Shown: positions 13,101 through 24,128, counted from the first letter of the stretch. The stretch is 64,000 nucleotides of DNA from Eledone cirrhosa (GCA_964016885.1 OZ024740.1:206460001-206524000); one strand, 5' to 3'. The notes: generated by a model from the letters alone, not told the origin. Translations and numbers: made by a program.

Positions 13101-13845
13101 ATGCCCACACGCCCACTTTACAGTGTGTGCTGGGTGCATTTTGTTGTGATGCCCACACGCCCACTTTACAGTGTGTGCTGGGTGCATTTTGTCGTGACGC
13201 CCACACGCCCACTTTACAGTGTGTGCTGGGTGCATTTTGTTGTGATGCCTACACGACCACTTTATAGTGTGTGCTGGGTGCATTTTGTTGTGGCGCCTAC
13301 ACGACCACTTTACAGTGTGTGCTGGGTGCATTTTGTTGTGACACCTTCACGACCACTTTACAGTGTGTGCTGGGTGCTTTTTGTTGTGATGCCTACACGC
13401 CCACTTTACAGTGTGTGCTGGGTGCATTTTGTTGTGATGCCTACACGACCACTTTATAGTGTGTGCTGGGTGCATTTTGTTGTGGCGCCTACACGACCAC
13501 TTTACAGTGTGTGCTGGGTGCATTTTGTTGTGGCGCCTACACGACCACTTTACAGTGTGTGCTGGGTGAATTTTGTTGTGACACCTACTCGACCACAATA
13601 TAGTGTGGGCTGGGTGAATTTTGTTGTGACACCTACTCGACCACAATATAGTGTGGGCTGGGCTCTTTTGTCATGGCTCCAGGAGAGGAGACTCACTTTA
13701 TGGAGGGGGTGGGGAAGATGCTTGGGAAATTGGGGACGTAGGTATAGGGGTGGGATGATTTTATGGGAGGGGAGTTGGTAGGGGAATGTGTTGCCTACTA
13801 GATATATGCCTCAGCCTGAGAATACAAGAGTGCAGTGTTCTGTAA
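7186..13845 (-). mobile_element. RTE-type 3' end hosting an expanded internal 48-bp array
   Basis: The left flank catcatcatcc tttaatgtctatcttccacgctagcatggg...tttctacggctggatgcccttcctaacgc is the reverse-complement RTE tail. The right flank is the G-rich UTR segment plus gcctact seen next to the stop codon in other copies. Confidence 0.8.
7310..13675. repeat. 48-bp tandem array, ~132 units
   Basis: Consensus TTTACAGTGTGTGCTGGGTGCWTTTTGTTGTGATGCCYACACGCCCAC. One 47-bp unit near 9731 shifts the reading frames. Confidence 0.98.
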
Positions 13846-13875
13846 TATATATATATACGTGACAATCACCTGATC

Positions 13876-16700
13876 ACCTGATCACCTATAGATCCGGGGA
13901 ACACACAAGCCAGGTAGATTATATCCTTACCAGAAGACGTGACAGAGTGTCTGTTGTAAACACTAAATCCCTCCCCCATGAAGAATGCACCTCCCAACAT
14001 AGACTGATAATTAGCGACCTCATAGTCAGGTCGAGACGTACTCGACAGCAGAAGAGGACTATCCTCAGGAGAAAAATATGGAAGCTAAAGGACCCCACAG
14101 CCAAAAATAAATTTCAAAACATATTACTTGATGCTTTCGACAGTAAGGAAGAACACTTAGAGTCGGACAATATAGAGGGACAGTGGGAATTTCTGAAAGC
14201 AAACCTGCTGTTGGCCACAGACGAAGTCTGTGGCTGGAGCAGGCCTGTAGGCAGGAGGAGAGTAACATGGTGGTGGAACAGTAAGGTGGAGGAGTCAATT
14301 AAGGCCAAAAAGCAGGCTTGGAAAGTATGGCGGGATGGGGGAAGTAGAGTAGACTATCAAGTGGCCAGGAGGGAAGCTAGGAGAGAAGTGTACTTAGCAA
14401 GAAGGGAAGCTGAGGAAAGAAAGTTCAAGCATGTCCTACAACGCGATGACCAAAAACGTGAGGTGTTCAGGATTGCTAGGCAATGCGTCAAGGAAAACCG
14501 TGATATTGTCGGGGAGAAGTGTGTACTTAACGATGATGGCATACTTGCCATCACCGACACTGATAAGAAGGCAGCTTGGAAGTGTCACTATGAAAGGCTA
14601 CTAAATGAGGAGAATAAATGGGAGAAAGACAGTCTCCCCCATGTCGACCCAATAGAGGGACCAGCAGTGTTAGTCGAGGGGAGTATAATAAGTAAGGCAA
14701 TCAAGGATATGAAGACAGGTAAGGCGGCTGGGCCTTCGGAAATAGTTGCTGAGATGCTGAAGGCATCTGGCACGGTGGGACACACCATGGTCACCCGCAT
14801 AGTTAACCAAGTCGTACAGAATGGGGCTGTTCCGAAGGACTGGCATAGCAGCATCATCGTTAACTGTTATAAGGGTAAAGGAGACGCCCTAGATAGGAGT
14901 AACTATAGAGGCATTAAATTAATCGACCAGGTCATGAAGGTCACAGAAAAAGTAATAGCGCAACTAATCAGAGAGAGAATTGACCTAGATGAAATGCAGT
15001 TCGGGTTTGTGTCAGGCAAAAGTACCACAGACGCTCTTTTCATAGTACGACAACTACAGGAGAAGTACCTAGCTAAAGGTAAACCCCTCTACTTAGCTTT
15101 TGTCGACTTGGAGAAAGCCTTCGACAGAGTCCCCCGCTCCATTATCTGGTGGGCTCTTAGAAAACTAGGCGTTGACGAATGGCTTGTGAGGGCTATACAA
15201 GCCATGTATAAAGAAACAGTCAGCAAGGTTAGAATTAACAACGAATATAGTGAAGAGTTTAGCGTAAAAGTTGGCGTCCATCAGGGCTCTGTTCTCAGCC
15301 CCCTACTATTTATTATTGCCCTTCAGGCTATAACAGAGGAGTTCAAGACAGGCTGCCCATGGGAACTCCTATACGCAGACGACCTGACACTCATAGCGGA
15401 ATCAATGGCCGAGCTAGAGAAGAAATTCCAAACATGGAAGCACGGCCTAGAGTCAAAAGGACTTAAAATTAACCTGGCTAAGACCAAAGTTCTAGTTTGT
15501 AGGAAAGAAAACAAGGCGGCGGTCCCTTCTGGGAAATGGTCGTGCTCGGTGTGTAGGAAAGGCGTAGGTAGAAACTCCATTTTGTGTCCTAAATGCAAAG
15601 TATGGGTGCATAAAAGATGTAGTGGGATCACAGGTAAGCTAACTAAGAACATAGATTTTACATGTGGCCGGTGTTCTGGTGCAATAAGTAGCAGCAAGTG
15701 CCCACACAATACTAGCTCTTTCAATTGCGCAGAGGGTTCTATAGAAATAGTGGACAGCTTCCGTTACCTGGGCGATAAAATCAGCAGTGGGGGAGGGTGC
15801 TCTGAAAGTACTGTAGCTAGAGTCAGAACTGGTTGGAAAAAGTTCAGAGAGCTTATACCACTATTAGCTGCTAAAGGGTTCTCCCTAAAAATGAAAGGCA
15901 GGTTGTACGATGCCTGCATACGAACAGCAATGTTGCATGGCAGTGAGACCTGGGCATTGTGTGCAGAGGATATACGCAGACTAGAGAGGAACGAAGCTTG
16001 CATGCTCCGCTGGATGTGTAACAGTAATATACGTGAACGGCAAAGCATAAACGAACTAAGGAAAAAATTAGAGATAAGAGGGATCAGATGTTGTTTACTC
16101 GAGAGAAGGCTACGTTGGTATGGACACGTGATGCGCATGAAAGTCGATAGCTGTATAACAAAGTGCAGGGCAATAAAGATAGACGGTAGCCACGGAATAG
16201 GCAGACCTAGAAAAACCTGGGACGAGCTGATAAACTCCGACCTCACACACTTACACCTCTCCAAGACAATGTCACTGGACCGAGACCTTTGGCGGTACTC
16301 AGTAACAGAGAAGACCCGCCTTGCCAGTAGGCATCTCTAACAAAATACACCCCGTCCCACCACCACCACCCCCACCCCATCCACACCACCCCGTCCTATG
16401 TAAAGTTATGTTGGTGCCGCGCCATCCGGGCCGAAACAAATGAGATCGTGTAGGTGTCACGACAAAAAAACACACAGTCCACGCTGTAATGTGGCCGTGT
16501 AGGCAACACGGTAAAAACCTCCCAGACCCACACTGTAAATGTGGTTGGTGTTAGGAAGGGCATCCAACTGTAGAAAACCTGCCAGACAGTCCTATGCGAG
16601 CAAGACAATCACTCTTGCCTCAAGTGGGACTACCCCCGTCCAAACCCATGCAAGCGTGGAACACGGACGTTAAACGTTGATGATGATGATGATGATGATG
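13876..16700 (+). mobile_element. Young 5'-truncated RTE-clade LINE
   Basis: Starts within the end of the APE domain (HLITYRSGEHTSQVDYILT...QHRLIISD), has a complete RT, a 3'UTR with ~2 copies of the 48-bp unit, and a (GAT)n tail ending at ~16700. Confidence 0.95.
13947..16340 (+). CDS. RTE LINE ORF: APE C-terminal end, reverse transcriptase and PHD-like finger (N-terminally truncated)
   Basis: 797 aa with no stops. Motifs KAAGPSEI, YKGKGD..NYRGI, QFGF, FVDLEKAFD, GVHQGSVLSP, YADD, FRYLG, GRPRKTW. The frame extends upstream of the called start, so that start is not a true initiator. Confidence 0.9.
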   Translation: MSVVNTKSLPHEECTSQHRLIISDLIVRSRRTRQQKRTILRRKIWKLKDPTAKNKFQNILLDAFDSKEEHLESDNIEGQWEFLKANLLLATDEVCGWSRPVGRRRVTWWWNSKVEESIKAKKQAWKVWRDGGSRVDYQVARREARREVYLARREAEERKFKHVLQRDDQKREVFRIARQCVKENRDIVGEKCVLNDDGILAITDTDKKAAWKCHYERLLNEENKWEKDSLPHVDPIEGPAVLVEGSIISKAIKDMKTGKAAGPSEIVAEMLKASGTVGHTMVTRIVNQVVQNGAVPKDWHSSIIVNCYKGKGDALDRSNYRGIKLIDQVMKVTEKVIAQLIRERIDLDEMQFGFVSGKSTTDALFIVRQLQEKYLAKGKPLYLAFVDLEKAFDRVPRSIIWWALRKLGVDEWLVRAIQAMYKETVSKVRINNEYSEEFSVKVGVHQGSVLSPLLFIIALQAITEEFKTGCPWELLYADDLTLIAESMAELEKKFQTWKHGLESKGLKINLAKTKVLVCRKENKAAVPSGKWSCSVCRKGVGRNSILCPKCKVWVHKRCSGITGKLTKNIDFTCGRCSGAISSSKCPHNTSSFNCAEGSIEIVDSFRYLGDKISSGGGCSESTVARVRTGWKKFRELIPLLAAKGFSLKMKGRLYDACIRTAMLHGSETWALCAEDIRRLERNEACMLRWMCNSNIRERQSINELRKKLEIRGIRCCLLERRLRWYGHVMRMKVDSCITKCRAIKIDGSHGIGRPRKTWDELINSDLTHLHLSKTMSLDRDLWRYSVTEKTRLASRHL

Positions 16701-16984
16701 CAAAGAATGGTGTGTTCATGAACAGAGATGCTATAAAATAGTGTGAAGGTGCTTAGAAATTGAAAAAGAAATTGCCATCGGCTGCTAGAAGGAATCAAAC
16801 CTCATATATCCCAGATACTAGGCACTTGAAACATTAAGTCAAGGGATTGCAACCACTCTAACCGTTTTAAATTCGGTAGCTGAATCACAGCTCTTTAATG
16901 TAAACAAATATTTACGTAGCATACCACTCCTTATATCAACTTTATCCCCTCAGAGCTTCGTAAAAGTCCGAAAGATCAATCTTG

Positions 16985-17420
16985 AAAGGATGAAAGGTAA
17001 AGTTGACCTCAGTGGAATTTGAACACAGAATATAAAGGGCAGGAACAAATTCCACAAAGCATTTTATCCAATGCTCTAACAATTCTGGCAATCCACTGCC
17101 CTATCTTCATACATAATAATTGTTTCTACTATTGGCACAAGGCCAGCAATTACCCAGTGTATTACTGGTACTTTATTTTATCGACCCCATAAGGATGAAA
17201 GACAAAGTTAACCTCGGCGGGATTTGAACACAGAATGGCAAGGGCCGTAACTCTATGCGTCAAAGCATGGTGTCCGACCCTCTACCGATACTGCCAATCC
17301 ACCGCCCTTCATACATAATAATGATTTCTAATATATGTACAAGTGATATATTTTGATGGAGGTTAAATCAACCCAAAATATATAACTGGTACTTATTTTA
17401 TTAATCTGGGAAGGATGAAA
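16985..17420 (-). mobile_element. Cluster of Nin-like SINEs (partial, full, partial)
   Basis: Same unit as 6040-7010; the copy at 17117-17307 is near full length. Confidence 0.8.
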
Positions 17421-17904
17421 GAAAAATACAATCCTGGTGGGATTTCCACTCATCATTTGGATTGGCAGTGTCAGTAGAGGGTCGGACGCCATGCTTTGAT
17501 GCATAGAGTGAAACTGATTTATGTGAGGACTGAACTGTCAAATGAAGGATAATAGGTGAAACCAACTTATGTGAGATTTGAACTGTCAAATGATGGATGA
17601 TAGGTGAAACCAACTTATGTAGAATGGTGATACTAGATTCAACAAACCATTTATACCAGCACCATAGTATTTTTATCTTTTCTCTGCTTTTATAAAAATA
17701 GTGATAATGATTAAAGACAAATTAATGAATCTCAGTAGATTACTGGTATCTATTCTACTGACTCTTGATGAAAAGTTGACACCAGTGGCATTGAAAATAA
17801 TGACTGCATACTGTAAAACAGTGAAACAAATTAATGTCTATAATACTTCCATTTCAAATGACAAAAAAGCTAATTTTATTGTTATATACTGTTGAATAGT
17901 ACAT

Positions 17905-18290
17905 CTTCATCATCATCATCACTGTTTAACGTCCATTTTCCACACTAGCATGGGTTAGACGGGTCGTCCTATTTGAGTAATGTTAGGTCAGATGATCATG
18001 TAATACTGAACCAATTTTGGCTTGGTTTCGATGGCTGGATGCCCTTCCCAACGCAAACCACATTTACAGTGAGTACTGGATGCTTTTTGTTGTGACCCCT
18101 ACACAACCACTTTACTGTGTGGGCTGGGTGCTTTTTGTTGTGACACCTACACAACCATTTACAGTGTAGACTGGATGCTTTTTGTTGTGACACCTACATG
18201 ACCACTTTACAGTGTGTGCTAAGAGCTTTTTGTCGTGACACGTACATGACCACTTTACAGTGTGGGCTCGGTGCTTTTTGTCATGTTCAT
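17905..18290 (-). mobile_element. RTE-type 3' end with ~4.7 copies of the 48-bp unit
   Basis: (CAT)n tail and tttcgatggctggatgcccttccc, then units starting at ~18062, 18110, 18158, 18206 and 18254. Confidence 0.85.
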
Positions 18291-18479
18291 TAATTTTTTT
18301 TAATTGAAAACAATACATGAATATTTTTACCTATGGACCTAATAATTTATATAGATGGTTTAATGATCCAGCCACCATAGTGTTCTCACCCATGATAATC
18401 AAAGACAGATCATACATCTGAAGAAGTTTCTTTTTTCACCCTCTGACGTTATCTGATTTTAATAGAATGTACTCCAGTT

Positions 18480-18800
18480 TCAAGTGGTGACTCCCCTTCA
18501 TGTAGTGCCATTGGCACATACCACGCTTGCCATACCATAATTACACCTCTGGCTTAAACTGTTGATGTAGGAAAGACATGAGCAGGGAGGAAGTTTCAGA
18601 GGGTTGACGTTCTGGGTAGGAAGAACTAGGATATGCAGTTAATGTGGGCCTAGAGGGTGGAGGAGACAATATAGGTAACGAGAGGAGGAAAGACAAGTAA
18701 GTCAGGAGTACCTGAGTACAAGACCAGCCACCTCAGAGGAGCAGAGACCATTGTAGTAGTGGCAGAATAAACAGAGGGAGGAGACAGCATGTCTGTGGGT
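18480..18800 (-). mobile_element. Decayed LINE (CR1/L2 group) C-terminal fragment
   Basis: Translates to HRHAVSSLCLFCHYYNGLCSSEVAGLV...FFLPRTSTL*NFLPAHVFP. Confidence 0.55.
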
Positions 18801-18959
18801 GGCTTCATGCTAATTAGTCAAATAGCTTTTCTCTGGGTGTAGTATATGATGTATAGGTATATAATAGTGGAACACAGGCTTAAAAACTGGAAGTTGCTAA
18901 AAGGTTTACCAATGTTCTGCAATATAATGATCAGGGCTACTGGAACATAATAATGATAA

Positions 18960-19152
18960 TAATTGTTTCTACTTTTTGGCACAAGGCCAGCAATTACGCC
19001 AGTGCATTACTGGTACTTTATTTTATCGACCGCGTAAGGATGAAAGGCAAAGTTAACCTCGGTGGGATTTGAACTCAGACCATAAAGGACCGTAACTCTA
19101 TGCTGCAAAGCATGGTGTCCGACCCTTTACCGATACTGCCAATCCACCGCCC
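18960..19152 (-). mobile_element. Nin-like SINE
   Basis: Close match to 6045-6240 and 17117-17307. Confidence 0.85.
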
Positions 19153-19762
19153 ATAATAATGATAATAATGAAATTATTGTGTACAGTGTTCAGGTGCACT
19201 ACAACTCATCAAAGGTGCATGTATAGTACATAGAATAATATACAAATGTCAGGGAAGTGAATAGAGTTATGATATACATGTGTGTGTGTGTATGGAGGGG
19301 GAATATCAGGTGTAGTGTTGGCGAATCTCAGTAAGCATGGAGGTTTTAAAGGAGGCAGTATCTCGACAGCTAATAACTGATGCAGGTAGTTTGTTCCATG
19401 CCTCAGCAACTCTGAGCGTGAAAAAATGTTTCCGAAAGTCATGGGAGCTGTGCTGTTTTCTGACTTTGTTGGCATGCCCACGTGTGTTAGACACATGGAA
19501 GTCAAAAAGGTACTCAGGGTTGTTGTTGGCAAGATGGTTAATAATTTTATGGGTGTTTACCAAGTCAGTTGCTAGACGTCGGAGCTTCAATGTATCCATG
19601 CCCAGGGAAGCAAGACGTTCAGAGTATGGTAGATGCCTGATGAAGGGTATTCGCTTGGTTGCACGTCTCTGAACAGTTTCCATGCGGTCAATGTTCTGAG
19701 CAAGATAGGGGTTCCAGACTGGTGATGCAAATTCTAAGTGTGGCCGCACCATAGCTATCATA
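19153..19762 (-). mobile_element. CR1-clade LINE 3' fragment
   Basis: ORF 19306-19794 contains MVRPHLEFASPVWNPY..IDRMETVQRRATKRI...YSERL...TRGH..K...FFTLRVAEAWNKLP, followed by an (ATT)n-like tail. Confidence 0.88.
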
Positions 19763-19999
19763 GGAGAGAAGAGTGTATGAAATGAGAGTGACATATCTGC
19801 CTTTGTTGATGGTGAAAAGAATGTTGGAATTGCTATGACAAGATGTTGCTGAATTAGGAAAATGGATAGGTCAATGAAGGACTACAAGTAGACGGAATTG
19901 AGGGACCAGACATAAACGTTGACAGCGGTATGGTAGATAAAGGGACTAAGGGACCGGCCATTAATGTTGACAGCAGTATGGTAGATAAAGGGATTAAAG

Positions 20000-20126
20000 G
20001 ACCAAAATCAGTTCTGTATGAATAAGACACTGTCACCTCATCTAGCTTGTTTCAGATGGGACAACTCGTCTAACCCATGTTAGTGTGGAAAAATGGACGT
20101 TAAAAAGTAATGATGATGATGATGAT
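20000..20126 (+). mobile_element. RTE-type terminal fragment with (GAT)n tail
   Basis: ctcgtctaacccatgttagtgtggaaaaatggacgttaaa...gatgatgat, similar to 25460-25573. Confidence 0.7.
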
Positions 20127-20994
20127 TGATCATTCTTGTTTACTAGGGTTTAAATAATTCACTACATGCACCTGTGGATGTTGCAGTTAACTTAATGGAT
20201 GCAATAGTGTTCGAGTTGTTGCCCTTTGACTGTAATTGGGTCAGGACTAGTTTTACACAGACGTGTACATGTGGAGATATATATTTCAGATGTAGCGTGA
20301 GAGATGGTTTGGTATTAATGTTCAGTGTTCTCTTTGACATGGCTGATGTTGTAGTAGTAATGTTGTTGGCTTGATGGGTGATTTCATGAATTGCTCTCTC
20401 CCATATAAAAGCTGTGGGAAATTTGTGACTTATGGTAAATGAATTGAGTGTGTGTGTCTCAGTGAATCAAGATGTGTGGCTGTACTCATTGCCATAGTCA
20501 GTTGTTGAAAGTTGAAGGCTGAAAGTAAAGCTGACATTACAATAACCTATGAACAATAACAAACATTGCTACAATAATGATTTTATTGAGAAATAACTTA
20601 TGTTGAAGCTATTGTTGACATCACAGGAAAACAACAAAGAACCAAGTGAATTGTGTGTTATATTTGTGTGTCTGGTTTGTGTAAATGTAGTAGTAGTCTA
20701 ACAAGATGCATTGAACCAACCTTTATCGAGGTGCCAACCCTGTCGAGAGGGCTGGAGATTTTGGCTAAGAGTTACATCTTTCTGCCTGCTTGCTAGAGCA
20801 ACTTCATGTGATGTCTTTCTGCTGAGTAACGAGAATGGGATGAAGAAAGTGTTATCTTTGACTAACTGTAAATGACCTCTTGGGATGCTTTCCCCAAACT
20901 AAGTGGTGACAATAATTCAAGACAAAAAGAAAAATGAACATCGTGAGAAAATGTGAAGAGATTTCTCTACATTAATTCCTTGGCCGGTTTAGGA

Positions 20995-21460
20995 GACCAG
21001 CATTGATATGCATGACCAAGTTGGAAGAGGTATCATGATTAGCAGATGTAAAATTACTTGGCTGGAATTTGCAGACGATGTGGTGTTACTTAACTCGACA
21101 AAAAGTGATCTCTGACTTGCACTTGATAGGTTTGATGTTGAGTGGTGCATGGCTGGATGAAAAACATTGCTGTGAAACTGAGACACTTGTCCTCTCAAGG
21201 AACCCTGTGCAGTGCACTCTACATGTGAATGGAGTTCCACTGAAGCAGGTGGAGAAGCTCAAGTATCTTGGGGCCATGTTCACGAGTGATGGAAGGCAAG
21301 AGGCTTAATTAAGTACAAGAATTGCAGGAGCTGGTGCAGTAATGTGCCAGCTTCAGCATTCAGTAATCGGAAGAAGGATGGTAGGTGTAAAAGACAAACT
21401 CTCTCTCTTCAATTCAGTATTCGTGCCAACGCTTACCTATGGTCATGAATCTTGAGTAAT
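20995..21460 (+). mobile_element. RTE-clade (Rex3/Expander-like) RT fragment, decayed
   Basis: LEFADDVVL...CTLHVNGVPLKQVEKLKYLGAMFTSDGRQEA*LSTRIAGAGAVM...FVPTLTYGHES. Confidence 0.8.
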
Positions 21461-22055
21461 AATCCTGGGTCTTTGTAGTTACATGACATGCACGCGTACT
21501 TCACAGCCTGGGGCAGCAACTAAAAAAACGGCTCTTGTGTTAAGGCAAGTACTATTATGTAATCTCTGCAAGATATTCACTCTTTCATCAGTCGTCCATC
21601 ACACTGAATCCAGTCAGCCCGTATACATTTCCATTCTCAGCACAACCATACTTGGGTTGCAAATCTGCTAGGAAAATGATGCATCCTCGAGTATGGTTTG
21701 CTAATTTGTTGTGGAATTAACTCTATACCGAACTTGCCTTCTGGACTTAGTGCTCTACTTTACTACAGATGCAACCTCCCATCTTTTTAGCTCTATCTCT
21801 CTCTATAAATCTAAATATATTTAATTAAACATACGGTACATTGCCAAATATACTATACATACATTCATGTATACATCGCTATTTCAGAGCACCAATCCTA
21901 ATTTTATATATACATATAAATATATATATTAATACATATTAATACAAGGAGTCAGATTCAAGAGAAATATATATTAATATATATATATATATATTATATA
22001 TATATATCTAACCCCCGCTAGCATGGAAAATAGATGTTAAAGAACGATGATGATG

Positions 22056-22088
<33 letters not shown>

Positions 22089-22089
<1 letters not shown>

Positions 22090-23145
22090 CATCATCATCA
22101 TCGTTTAACGTTTATCTTCCACGCTAGCATGGATTAGACGGGAGTTGTCCCAATTTGAGGCAAGGTTGGTCGGGTGACCGTGTCTCGTTTGTATAGGACT
22201 GTCTGGCAATATTTCTACGGCTGGATGCCCTTCCTAACACCAACCACATTTACAGTGTGGACTGGGAACTTTTTACCGTGTTACCTACATGACCACATTA
22301 CAGCGTGGACTGTGTGTTTTTTGTTGTTGTGACACCTACACGATCTCTTTAGCTTGGACTGGACGTTCTGTTGTACCAACATAAATTTATAGAGAAAGGG
22401 TGGTGTTGGCGGGAGTGGGAGGATGGAATAGGGGTAGTGGTTGGGGTGTATATTTGGTTAAGAGGTGCCTACTGACTGTAGGTTTCGCTTTGTACATAGG
22501 CAAGGCGTGTCTTCTGTACTACTGCGTGGCGGCAAAGATCTCGGTCCAGTGACATTGTCTTGGAGAGGTGTAAGTGTGTAAGGTCGGAATTTATCAAATC
22601 ATCCCAGGTTTTTCTGGGTCTACCTATTCCGTAACTTCCATCAATTTTGATCACCCTGCACTTTTTTATACAGCTGTCGTCTTTCATGCGCATCACGTGA
22701 CCATACTAACGTAGTCTTCTCTCAAGCAAACATCATCTGATCCCTCTTATTCCTAATTTCTCATTTAGTTCATTTATGTTTTGCCATTCACGTATTACTA
22801 TTACACATCCAACGGAGCATGCACGATTCCTTTCCAGTCTGCGCAGGTCCTATGCACGCAATGCCCATTCTCACTGCTATGTAACATTGCTGTTCGTATA
22901 CAGGCATCATATAATCTGCCTTTCATTTTTAGAGAGAAACCTTTTGTGGCCAACAGCGGTATAAGCTCTCTGAACTTTTTTCATCCCGTTCTGACTCTGT
23001 ACTTTCAGAGCACCCTCAACCTCTGCTGATTTTGTCACCCAGGTAGCGAAAAGTGTCCACTATTTCTATAGAACCATCTGGGCAATAGAAGGGGCTAGTA
23101 TCCTGTGGGCTACTTATTGCTACTTATTGCACCTGAGTATCAGCC
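22089..23145 (-). mobile_element. RTE LINE, 5'-truncated and frameshifted
   Basis: Homologous to 15670-16700 (MRMKDDSCIKKCRVIKIDGSYGIGRPRKTW), with a (CAT)n tail on the + strand. Confidence 0.9.
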
Positions 23146-23169
23146 ATATATATATATATGTGTGTGTGT

Positions 23170-23533
23170 GTTTGTATATGTATAATAAAGCCAAAACAAT
23201 GCAGGTATGGACATAGAATAAAGAGTGCAAATGCAAAAGATATTGTTGACAATTAGTCTTTTACCTTAGATTTATTTAAATGTCCTTAATTTTCGAGATA
23301 ATATCTCTTCTTTGGAGGGAAGTAAAGCGGTTAAACCAGTCTTCTCAATAGCTATTTAGAACACTGGTTAAACCGCTTTACTTCCCTCCGAAGAAGAAAT
23401 ATTATCTCGAAAATTAAGGACATTTAAATAAATCTAAGGTAAAAGACTAATTGTCAACAATATCTTTTGCATTTGCATTCTTTATTCTATGTCCATACCT
23501 GCATTGTTTTGGCTTTATTATACATATACAAAC
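23170..23533. repeat. 364-bp spacerless near-perfect palindrome
   Basis: Arms 23170-23351 and 23352-23533 are reverse complements centred on aatag|ctatt. There is no net indel and only a few mismatches. Confidence 0.95.
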
Positions 23534-24128
23534 GTTTATACCTCATTACACAATACTTCAAGTGAACTATAACTTCCTCCATATATATATATATATATTA
23601 AAATATAGAGAAAAATACTGCAGGTAGCACATGGTAACATGTAATAAAATAAGTCCCTCATCAGTGATTTGCCGAAGATCATAGATATTTCATTGCATTA
23701 AAAATCATATATCTCACTTCGGTGCAATAATAACCAAAATAAGTTATTAGGACAATTAAAACGCGTAAAGCGAGTGAGACAGGAGAACAACAGAAAATAT
23801 AGCATACCGTAGGGGAGAAACAAGCTTCAAAAATTATTCTGTTTAGCATAAGCTAGGTGAATATATGAGCGCTTAGAGAATAGTACCTACACGAACGAGG
23901 GCTATGAGCAGAGAGAGAAAAAATAGCGTTCGTGAGTGCAGGATGAAATGAAGAGAAGAGGGAGAAAAACAGTGAGTGAGTGAAAGTGTGAGGAAGAGTT
24001 AACGGACAAGACAGAGGGGGAGAAACAGAGAGAATGGAGGAACAGTAAGAGAGAGAGAAAAAACACAGAATCGCAGTGGTAAATATATGTATTAAAATAT
24101 AGAGAAAAATACTGCAGGTAGCACATGG

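Noticed and set aside
7276-13781. Long His/Cys-rich ORFs (HPAHTVKWACRHHNKK; LGAFCCDAHTPTLQCV) as metal-binding repeat proteins
   Set aside because: The 48-bp unit is a multiple of 3 and is open in several frames on both strands at once. It derives from a LINE 3'UTR, and a 1-bp deletion and scattered stops show no frame preference.
13845-13876. Head-to-head junction of two RTE-related elements as a twin-priming inversion
   Set aside because: Both sides have their own 3' tails and differ in UTR subfamily sequence, so they are independent insertions.
20143-20570. Minus-strand exon-like or APE-endonuclease-like segment (LFIGYCNV..FTETH)
   Set aside because: No continuous frame and only weak motif resemblance; left unassigned.
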